Source: Azolla caroliniana (Eukaryota > Plantae > Polypodiophyta). Taken from it: a stretch of 64,000 nt of DNA. The position numbers were made by a program, and so were the translations under genes. The notes beneath the pieces are model-generated. The model searched no databases and was not told the DNA's origin. It was given only the letters and a program-made list of their open reading frames with translations. Numbering within the stretch: position 1 is the first letter of the stretch; each line of letters opens with the position of its first letter. The DNA is taken from assembly GCA_043228905.1 (NCBI GenBank), contig JBHGNT010000005.1:20026001-20090000 (forward strand), read 5' to 3'. Shown here piece after piece: positions 13,920 to 24,303 of this stretch.

Positions 13920-14215
13920 TTCGACTCAACTTAACTTAGATTTTGCCTACCCTTAGACTCTGACTTATCTTCGACTCCGACGAGCCTTTGACTCTGCCTA
14001 CCCTTCGACTCTCTAGAGCCTTCAACTTTGACGATCTTTAGACTTTGACGAGGCTTCGACTCCGAAGAACCTGTGAGTCTTATGAGCTTTTTGACTCTTA
14101 AGAACTTTCAACTCTAACAATCTTTTGATTATGATGAGTGTTTGAATCTAAAGACCTTTAGATTGCTAGGAGCTTTTGACTTTGATGATCTTTCAACTCC
14201 GACGAGCCTTGGAGT
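13920..14215. repeat. Degenerate tandem array of about 19-20 bp units in the Copia 3' region
   Basis: Many variants of TTCGACTCCGACGAGCC / TTTGACTCTGAC. Confidence 0.6.
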
Positions 14216-15480
14216 CACTCATCCTCTATGGTTCAAGTCCCAGGTGGTCCTGCTCAAGTAGCACATGCACGTGCGTAACCTGGCAACAATATTGATAAAC
14301 TTCCAACCCCATTTGAGTGTGCAAAGATCAAAAGCAATATGTTGGAAGACTTTTGATCATGGCATGCGATATATTGTTGAGTGTTGAAATCTTGTCGATG
14401 AGAAGTCTCTTCTTGGTGACACATTTGAGGACAAAGTGATATCATATTCCTATATTTTTGGATGCTGAGCGATGTATTTGGTTCTTCACCAAAGAGATAA
14501 CACAATGACTATCTATCAAAATGTGTGAGCTAACCAATGACCCACAATGTTTCCTTAGTTGCATAGAATGCAACTACATATTTTGCTTGAGTAGTTGCAG
14601 TAGTCATGCACTCCTGAACTTTGATCCCCATGAGATTGCTCCACTTTAACCGAAGATTGATTTTCGGCCAAATGTTTCGAGTTGTGGTTCATCAGGCCAA
14701 ATTGGATGCTTAAGTATTGTATGAAAAATAATAATCTAAAGATATGCTTCACTGCATTATACTGTGGTTGGCCAAGGTTGTACATAAATTTGCTTACTAT
14801 GCCAACCACATGCACTAAATCTAGTCGAGTTGTGACCATTGCACACATCAAAGAGCCAATGTCCAATTCTTATGTTATTGACTTAATATGACCCCCCTAC
14901 AATCCGGGTGTTGGGGCAATAGACTCATAGATTCTTCGATAGTAGAACTAAAGCCTAGCGTTGTTTTCTCAAATTTGGTTTATCTTTGATTCCATAGCTA
15001 GTTGCCAGTTAGTCTAATTGGTTGTTGTAGTAGTTTCTTTGTAGGTGAAGTTTCACCGACATCCACCTAAAAGGTGAAAACCTTTTAGGTGGATAAGATG
15101 GGACTTAGTCGAATTGACATGGTAGCACCAGTGTAATCAGATAATTAGTGATGATCTCTTTTGTGGTGTTGAGAATGCCGACGAATCATTTGCTTGTTAG
15201 GTAGTTGATCAAGTGTATTGGGTAGGGCATTGAGAGTAGTGCCATCAACAAAAGTTACCATCAAAGTTTGATTGGGCATTCTATTGTCTTTTGTATTATC
15301 GACTCATCAAAGACAATATCTTGTCTCGAGGTCCCGCAGTCTATAGCCATGTTTCATCATAATTGTAGTTGAGAAAGATGCACTTATGTGAGTGAGAATC
15401 CCACTTTCTTCTTTCATGCTTGGGCACACATGCAAAACTTTCACATCAAAATATCCATAGCTTTTCATAGTCGGGACACT

Positions 15481-15825
15481 TGCAAAGCTAGAGTTCTTGT
15501 GGGATCTTATAGTGAGTAGAGCCTTGACCCGAAAGCCATCAAATATTGCAGAGTGCTTCGTCATGGGAACAATTTTTTCTTGAATTGTTTGATTAATTCA
15601 TTCAACAAAAGCTAGAGCTCTTGCGGGATCTTGCAATCAATAGAGCCTCGACCCAAAAGCCATAAAATATACTAGAGTGCTTGGTCATGTCAATATTTTT
15701 TTCATGAATTGCAAAGCTAGAGCTCTTGCAAGATCATGCAGTGAGCAAAGCCTCGACCCAAAAGCCATTTAATAGATGGGAGTGCCTCATCATCGCAACC
15801 ATTTTTTCTTGAATTTTTTGATTAA
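15481..15825. repeat. Triplicated segment (about 100-130 bp) of the Copia integrase
   Basis: Three copies of AAAGCTAGAG(T/C)TCTTG...GCC(T)(T/C)GACCC(G/A)AAAGCCAT...ATTTTTT...TGAATT. On the minus strand each encodes a QEKMVAMMRHS..LNGFWVEALLTA-like integrase segment. Confidence 0.75.
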
Positions 15826-15832
15826 TTGATGA

Positions 15833-18800
15833 TTTTTATATTTATTTATTTATTCCAAAAAAAGATAGTACATTAGTATTAGAAAACGCCATAAGGCTAA
15901 ACATACAAGATATACCACCGATCCCCTATGTTTTTCTAAATTCTAACCATCGGCTTAAATAAACACTTTGATGTTGAGTAGAACCACTCCACCTTATCAA
16001 AACGCCGTCTATAAAATATACCTATGTCCCAAATGGCATGAAACTCCACACGCCTAAACTCCGCTTGATGCATATTACCTTTTATACTATCCAAAATCCC
16101 TCTGAGATTATGCACAATCTCTATCCAAATTCCCACCTTCAAACATCGAGCCTTCCAAATATACCAAATTGTAACACTACTTACCAATTGCCATATTTGA
16201 GGTTTATCAGTTTGTATTTGTGGATTCAGAGGGGTCAAATTTTTTTCCATCAAACCATGTCTCATCATAATAGCATCTGCAACCTCCTCCTGTTCATATA
16301 CCATCGGTTTATCATGTACCACCGCCCATAATACTGCACCCCATGTGTACACTGCTCTAGGATATATTGGAGTTAATAAATTTATGATTTGTTTCCATAT
16401 GTCCAGAGCAAAACCACAACGCCACAAACAATGTTTAGCAGTCTCTATTACATCTGTACAGAAAGGGCACATATTGTCTACATTTCCTTTTCGCCACCCA
16501 TTAACTGGTATAACATTATGAACCAACAACCATCGAAAACAAACAATTTTCCTACTCATCTTTATACCCCATAACTATTTCCAAAATTGTTTAAGATGTT
16601 GTGGAGAAAGTTCATTTCGTCTCCAAACAACATTTGCAGTTGGTTCTTTCCATGATCTAGCACCTAATATTTTCCTACCAATCTTCACAGAATATTGAAA
16701 GAATGGCACGTATTTGATGTTATCTTGCACCCACACCTTCCAATATAGTTCTCCAAGATCCCAAGTTAATGTAGATATTGGTCTCCTTTCCAATATCCAA
16801 ATCCTCCAAAAATAATTCACCTAAATTTGAGGATCCGGATCTAAGACCCAATTTGATCCATCATTTGCAATCACCCTCACTTCTTTCTGTAAACAAAACC
16901 TAAACAAATAATTTTCTATAGGTGTAAAGATTAACCTACTATCATCTTGTACATCAAAACTCATACACTCTTGTTCCCCAATATAGGCTTTAACTCCAAT
17001 TAAAACATCCAATGGAGTAAATAAACCTATCCACTTCTGTGTAGTAGATCCAATTTGCATTTGAACTTTAAAAAGGGCAGTTTGGATCGCATAATACATT
17101 ATCTTCCCACCCCTTATACTACTAATTAATATCATTTGTTGATCTATAGGTTTAGACAGAAATGTTGTCCATGCACCTATAGACTGTGTTGGCCCACGAT
17201 CTAATTCTGCCCATGCGAATCTAGTACTCATTCCCAACATTTGTCCTCTTTGGTTAGTCAACCATGAATTCCAAATCAGAGGTTGTCTACAGAATTCAGA
17301 TTCTGTTTTTGGCAATGTCTGTTGTAGGTTTTAGGGTTAGGGTTAAGGATGATGAATGATAAAGATAGACATGGTGGTCATGATGAGGATGATGAAGAGC
17401 ATGATGATGAGAGATCGTATAGAGAAGCATAGAGAAGCATTGCGGGGTGGGGGGTGGTGCCTAGAATGGCTCCACCCCCCTCCCAAGGGGATTCAACGTT
17501 GAGGGGAGAGAGAGAGAGAAAGAGGGATGACAAGAGAGAGATTAGGAGAGAAATGGTTTTTCTTTTCATTCATTCCCCATAAGGGGTTAAATAGTACAAG
17601 AGGGGGTAGTTACAAAGGGGTGTAAGCCCCATAGAGCATTCATACTGGACACTCACTCACACCTCATCGTATCCCTCCACATGCACACACGTGTGCATGT
17701 GTTCACATACATATCAACTCACAATTACATTTATGTTCCCTACACATATACAACATCATCATGATAATATTCGACCCTCGCTCATCACACTTGACTCTCC
17801 GTACAACTCGTACGGGGTAACACATATGGCACGCCCGTGGGAAAGTGCGTTGCACGTCGATCCCACATGCCTTGATGATGATATTTCTTCGACCGGAACT
17901 TCCATCGGTCCTTTCAACGATCGACTCCCTCGATCGGAATGCTTGACTCGAACATCTTTGTCGGTCAACAAATCGTCCGCGACACAACATTCTCGTTTTG
18001 TCGGCTTACGAACTTCGTCATGGGTCCAAAATCATGTCGTATGTATGTGTGTTCTTCCTTTGTTTTGAGTGTGTGTGAGTAGTCTTGGGGATTTTCAAAA
18101 TTCTAGTGGTGCCCTCTTATTTTTTAAAATTTTGATATGTACCCTTGAGGTTTCACAATTTCATTCAGCACCCTCAAGGTTTCAATATTTGTTACATGCC
18201 CCCCCCTTTTTTTTCTTCTTTTTCTCTCTGTTTTCAATTTTATTCTAGGTTTTTCTCTTTCTTCTTGCTCCCTTCTTCTTGCTCTTGTATCTCTGTCTCT
18301 CTCGTGCTCACGTCTGTCTCTGTATGCCTTTCTCTTCTTCGATTTTCTTCTTTCTCTTCTTCGATTTTCTTCTTTCTCTTCTTTTTCTCTCTTTCTTCTT
18401 CTTTTTCTGTCTTTCTTCTCCGTCTCTCCATGTCTTCCATGACTTCTTCCATTTTTCCTCTCTTTCTTTCTCTTCTTCTCTGTTTGTGCTGCTCCATCCT
18501 TTCTTCTCCTTCATTCTTTTTTCTTCCTTTTGCACTATTTCTCCTCATTCTATGCCTGTTTTTGCTTCCTCTCCTTCTGAAGCTCCATAGTATCCATCCC
18601 TCGGCGCCAGTCGCCGTCTGTCTCTGCCTCTGCAACCGTCTCTGTGCGGCCACTGTCCGGCGTCATCGTCTTTATTAGCCCTATCCGGCCTATCTCTATT
18701 CCGGCCGTCGATCCGGCCGCTGTTCACCCTTCTATTCGTCCAATGTCTCTATCCAGCCCTTTCGGTTGCCTCTCCGTCACTTGGTTGCCATCCGATCACC

Positions 18801-21800
18801 AACATCTATTTCCGGCCCTTCCGACCATTTCCTTGGTCGTTTGTCCGGCCGCCGGCCATTCCACCGCTCCGCTTCATTGTTCGACGATTTCGGCTATTCC
18901 GGCCGTCTTTCTCACGTCGATATTTGGCCGCCGGGGCTGTTTTGCCACTCTCGCCATTCCGACGCCGCCACTCTTGGCCGCCGCAATTTTGACCGCTATT
19001 TGGCCCATCCGGTCGTCGTTCGGCCGTTGCTTTTGTTGGTTTCGATCATCGGTTGGCTGCCACCACGATCGACATCGCTCTTCGTCCACTTCCCTCCATT
19101 CATTCCGATTGCCGCTGTTCATTCCGATTGCCGCCGTTCATTCCGGCCTCTCCGTCACTTTGGCCATTTCCTAGCTGTTGTTGTCCGTTGTCCGGCCGTT
19201 GTTTGGTCGTTATCGTCAGACATCTTCGTCGTCCTGCCGGCTCTGTCTGACTCCCGCCACCATTTCCGACCGTTGCTGTTTGGCCGTCTCTGTTTTCCGT
19301 CGTCCTCCGACACCGTCCGTCTTCCTGGCGGCCTGTCTGCTTCCCCGGCCTTGTCTGGTCCTCCGGCCGCTCCAGCCACTGTCTGGCTATTCCGACTGGT
19401 TTCCGGCCCTTCCGGCAGCTTTTTCTGCCGTCTGGCCCGTCGTTTCATTGTCATTCGGCGTCTCGTCTGCTGTTCGACCTAGGGTTTGCTCATGGCTTTT
19501 GGGGTCTCTGGCCCTTTCCGTCTCTGTCCGGCTGTATCTCCGACAGAAACCGTTTTCATCTCTCGTTGTCTTCGTCTGGCGCCCTGAGCCTTTTGTCCGT
19601 CAATGTTGTTGTCGAGTCACCCTCGTTGGTCCTGCTGTCTTTGCATGTGTGTGTTTGTTGTGATGTCCCTTTTTCTGGTTGTCGATGTTTGGTCCACGTC
19701 TGCATCTTCTTCTCTGTCTTCGATGCCCCTTCGGTGATAACCAACTTTGGTTCTTGTTCCGATTCCGGTTCCACTCTCTTTGCGTTGTTTCTTCTGGAAC
19801 CATAGCCCATGCATTCGCAGCACATCCTGCCGGCCTCCGCTCCACACACTGCGTCTTCCACCGCAGTCTTCAGGTGGGCTTCTCTTACCGGTCGTGCTGG
19901 CACCGGTTCCCTCTGCGTCGCTGTTTTTCCAGCCGTGCATCTTGCACCACGCATTCGAACACGCACATTGTCACTAACCGCATTCGGAAACACGTACATG
20001 GACACCAATCGCAACCTTGCACAAACATCGTTTCCATTCATGAATTCTTTCATCGCATTGTCATTTCCTGCACTCACACAAATATGTCGTTATGGCCTTC
20101 GCTATGGCCTTCATCACCGCGTATCATTCTTTGACTCCGTTTCCAAAGGGGGGTCGCCGTAGTGGTCGCCAAAAGGTGTTATTGGTTTTAGGATTAGGGT
20201 TAAGGATGATGAATGATAAAGATAGACATGGTGGTCATGATGAGGATGATGAAGAGCATGATGATGAGAGATCGTATAGAGAAGCATAGAGAAGCATTGC
20301 GGGGTGGGGGGTGGTGCCTAGAATGGCTCCACCCCCCTCCCAAGGGGATTCAACGTTGAGGGGAGAGAGAGAGAGAAAGAGGGATGACAAGAGAGAGATT
20401 AGGAGAGAAATGGTTTTTCTTTTCATTCATTCCCCATAAGGGGTTAAATAGTACAAGAGGGGGTAGTTACAAAGGGGTGTAAGCCCCATAGAGCATTCAT
20501 ACTGGACACTCACTCACACCTCATCGTATCCCTCCACATGCACACACGTGTGCATGTGTTCACATACATATCAACTCACAATTACATTTATGTTCCCTAC
20601 ACATATACAACATCATCATGATAATATTCGACCCTCGCTCATCACACTTGACTCTCCGTACAACTCGTACGGGGTAACAATGTCTTAACTAAATCAAGAG
20701 AAATATCTTTCCATGCATTAAGAACACATCGAGCAAATCTCTCTTCCCAATTTGTAGCAATTGCCAATTTGTTATGTTCCATAAAAGCCCATCTAAAACT
20801 AGGCCTCCAATCTCCACTTGTCTTGGGATAAAACCTTTGCAATTCATAAAACAACAATTTGTTTCCAAGGTTCTGATCCTGGCAACAATCCTCAAATCAC
20901 CAATTTTGCCATCAAAGCTTTGGATTGTTGTAATGGATCTACAATCCCTAATCCTCCTTGATCCAATGGCTTAACAATTGTGGACCAAGAGACTTTTGCC
21001 CTAGCATGACTTCCATCATTACCAGACCACAAATAATTTCAAATCAATCTTTGCAATTGTCCCATACATGATCTTGAAAAACTCCAACATGACATAATAT
21101 ACTAGAGACTAGACAACAAAACTTGATTAACAACTATCACTCTACCCGCAAATGATAGTTTAGCTTTACTCCAAAACAAAAGTTTTTTCCTAATTTTCAA
21201 TAGCAAAGAAGCAACCTGAATTTCTAAAGAAATATTCAAACCTACTTGACATCCCAAATATCTAACTGAAGTGCCCTCGGGAACCCATCAGAAATCTAGA
21301 TGAGGACTCCATTGTGGAGTTGTGGAATTGGACGATACCAAAAAACCCAATGATTTATTCCAATTAATTGATGCACCTGAAGCCATACAAAATGTTTGCA
21401 CTGCTGTGTACATTTTTTGCAGATTATTATTCTGACCATCCAGATACAAACTTGTATCATCAACAAATTCTACATCAACAACATTTGTCCCATCAATGGG
21501 CATTGCTATTCCTTTCAATCCAACCTCTTCAACAGTCAAAAACAAACTCATCGCTTCAGCAAAAAACAAAAATAAATATGGTGCATGTGGACAACCTTGT
21601 CGTACACTTCGGGAAATTTGAAACTCATCACCTTTAACCCCTCTTTCCAAAACAGAATTGCAAGCTGAATGATACAAAGAAGACACTCCTATCAGCCATT
21701 TCTCCGGAAAACCCAATCTTACAAGAGTACCTTGAAGGAACTCCCAATCAACACGATCATATGCTTTTTCAAAGTCAAGTAACAAAATCACTAAATCCTC

Positions 21801-22530
21801 TTTTTTCTTCTGAGCCAAGGCAATGGCTTCCCAAAAAAAGAACAAATTATCCAGTATACTTCTTTCCTGAATAAAACCTGTTTGGGTGATATCAATCAAA
21901 TCATTTTCTAATATCATCTGATATACCTTCAACCTTAGGTATTAAATAAATCAAGCCTGTATTTCCATAATGTCAAAGGGCTTAAGTAATGCATGCAACC
22001 TTCATTTTCATTTGTAACTTTTGGCTTAATTTTGTCCCACACACATTTCCTACTTATGTGAATAGGTTCTGTAACCACACCAGCAAACAACAATTTAGCA
22101 TAATACGTAGTAGCAATTTGTACAATTTCTGACTCATATTTTGTTAAGGAGCCATCTTCCCTCCTTAGTTGTTTAATCCCTATTGCCGACCATTTCGGTG
22201 CAACTTGGGAAAAAAATCTCTTGTTTACTTTGTCACCTACTTGTGTCCATTTTGAAGCAGAAGCTTGATATTGAAATTTTAAAATGTTGTCCTCAATCTT
22301 TCTTAATTCCCATTTCTTATTATGTAAAGCATTTGCTGTCCATTCACACAATGGATCCCTTTCTTGAAAATGTTGCAACGATGTCAAGGCACGATGCATA
22401 CTGATAATTTTCTGTGTATATCTTTCCCTTTTCCCCTGTGCCCAAGAGATTAAAAAACTACTAATATGTGATATTGCCAAGGCCACATTATCTTCCACAT
22501 TTCCAATTTGCAATAAAGTTTGTCTCCATA
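15833..22530 (-). mobile_element. 5'-truncated, degenerate L1-clade LINE (ORF2 RT and zf-RVT), interrupted by an LTR element
   Basis: RT motifs TGFIQERSILDN, LLDFEKAYDRVDW, VRQGCP and EFVDDT (21288-21932). C-terminal CPFCTDVIETAKHCLWRC zinc-binding region (15936-16559). (AATA)n/A-rich tail at about 15833-15853. The frame ...DLVKT|LPKTESEFCRQPLIWN rejoins when 17320-20684 is removed. The 5' boundary is approximate. Confidence 0.88.
17320..20679 (+). mobile_element. Young non-autonomous LTR element (LARD/TRIM-like), 3360 bp
   Basis: 503-bp LTRs at 17320-17822 and 20177-20679 (TGTT...AACA), identical by eye except 3 mismatches in the first 17 nt. 5-bp TSD ATGTC (17315-17319 and 20680-20684). 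PBS-like TGGCACGCCCGTGGGA at 17827. No gag or pol motifs in the 2354-bp interior. Orientation is ambiguous (see findings). Confidence 0.93.
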
Positions 22531-22920
22531 TTTTGCACTAGATCGTAGGGTAATAATGTAAAGTCATGTTAGATTCCTCATTGTTTGTAGAACAATGTGA
22601 ATTCATTGGATTTGTACTCTCCCACTGTCATGATATGGCAAGACTCGAACCCATGACCTTAGGTTATATGGGTCGAGCTCTTGACCATTAGACCATCTAT
22701 TGTAATACGTAGGATATTATTTTCATTTACATTTTATTATAGGAAATTAGTGTATATTCCAGATTTCTCTGGAACATTCTAGAAGCTTCAGGATTACTCC
22801 TGAAAACACTATAAAAGAGGGCACTAGGCATTATGTTGAACCAAATTGGTTCAACGCCAGTCTTAAGCCTTTTAGCCACCGTTGTATATTCTCTTCATAT
22901 AATAAATATCTTTCTTATCA

Positions 22921-22973
<53 letters not shown>

Positions 22974-23151
22974 GTCTCGCTCACTTCTTCCTTCTCTCGA
23001 AGAAGTTCCACACCTCTCATAGTACTAATCCTTCGTTTAGTACTAATTCTTTCTCTGTCTCAGTACTGTTCATGACAGTTTGAACCAATTTCTCCTACCT
23101 TCTGTCTCTCTCATTTCCTACTAATCTTTTATTCCTCTTTTCTTTCTTCCC

Positions 23152-24303
23152 ATGGCCACTGTTAGCGCTGAAGAATATCAATATGTTTTCTCGGAATTCC
23201 AATGCTTGAAGGAGAAGTTCCATGCTTTGGAACAAGAAAACCAACGGTTGCTGGGGGATCTTCAGCAAATCTCCTTAGAAAAGCAGCAAACGCAACAACA
23301 ACATGGGGAACTTGCGTTACGCGTGCAACAACTCGAAGCCACCATCGTAGCGATGCAACAACATGGGCCCGGAACACAAGGGATTCATAAAGAACCTAAG
23401 ATTGGCCTTCCCACGAAGTTCGATGGAACGCGATCGCAGTTTAGAGGGTTCCTTAACCAGGTACGATTAGTTATTCAAATGCATCCTTCCCGATATCCCA
23501 CCGATGCATCACGAGTGGGTTTAGTAGGCACTTTGTTAAGTGGCTCAGCGTTGTCATGGTTCGCTCCACTATTAGAAAAGGAATCTCCGTTACTCAACAA
23601 TTTTGAAGAGTTTCTAGGTGAGTTTAAAGCATGTTTCGGAGATACCGACAGCATCAGGACCGCAATCAACAAAATCCGGCGATTACGCCAAGGTGACCGT
23701 CCAGCCTCTGCATACGCTGCAGATTTTCGCCTACTCGCCGCCGATATCCCTTGGGATGATCAAGCGTTGATGGAGCAATTCCGTTATGGTTTACGCAACG
23801 ACGTCAAGGATTTACTCTTGACCTTCCCCGAAGAGCCAAAGTCCTTAACAGAAGCAATCAGTTGCGCGGTGAGATGTGACAACCGCCTCTTTGAGCGACG
23901 TTCGGAACGACAGCTACAGATGCCGAGGGCAAGATCAGAGCCCACCTACGCCTCAGTGGTAGCAAGACCTTTTCCGAGGGAGTCATATAATGCGTCTCCA
24001 GCGAATACTCCGACTCCGATGGAGATTGACACTACACGTCGTCGAGGGCCATTATCCGAAGAAGAAAAGCAGCGACGCCGTACAAATCGACTATGTCTTT
24101 ACTGCGGTGGACCAGGACATATCGCAATAAATTGCCCCCATAGGCCAAGAAGACAGGTAAACCAAATAGTCGCTAGTTCTAATTGTACTAAATCCGAGCC
24201 TATTTCAGTAGGGATATCTGATAGTCCTAATAATACTAATATCCCAGATCTAGCAAACAAATTTGATGTCCTTAGTCAGTTAGAAGAAGAGTTAAACGAC
24301 TAA
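23152..24303 (+). CDS. gag: Chromovirus Gag (capsid and CCHC zinc knuckle)
   Basis: 383-aa ORF with KEPKIGLPTKFDGTRSQFRGFLNQ, LRQG, PMEID and CLYCGGPGHIAINC. Confidence 0.92.
   Translation: MATVSAEEYQYVFSEFQCLKEKFHALEQENQRLLGDLQQISLEKQQTQQQHGELALRVQQLEATIVAMQQHGPGTQGIHKEPKIGLPTKFDGTRSQFRGFLNQVRLVIQMHPSRYPTDASRVGLVGTLLSGSALSWFAPLLEKESPLLNNFEEFLGEFKACFGDTDSIRTAINKIRRLRQGDRPASAYAADFRLLAADIPWDDQALMEQFRYGLRNDVKDLLLTFPEEPKSLTEAISCAVRCDNRLFERRSERQLQMPRARSEPTYASVVARPFPRESYNASPANTPTPMEIDTTRRRGPLSEEEKQRRRTNRLCLYCGGPGHIAINCPHRPRRQVNQIVASSNCTKSEPISVGISDSPNNTNIPDLANKFDVLSQLEEELND

Noticed and set aside
18145-19663. Many ORFs of 75-238 aa on both strands
   Set aside because: Explained by compositional skew (few stop codons); no recognisable domains.
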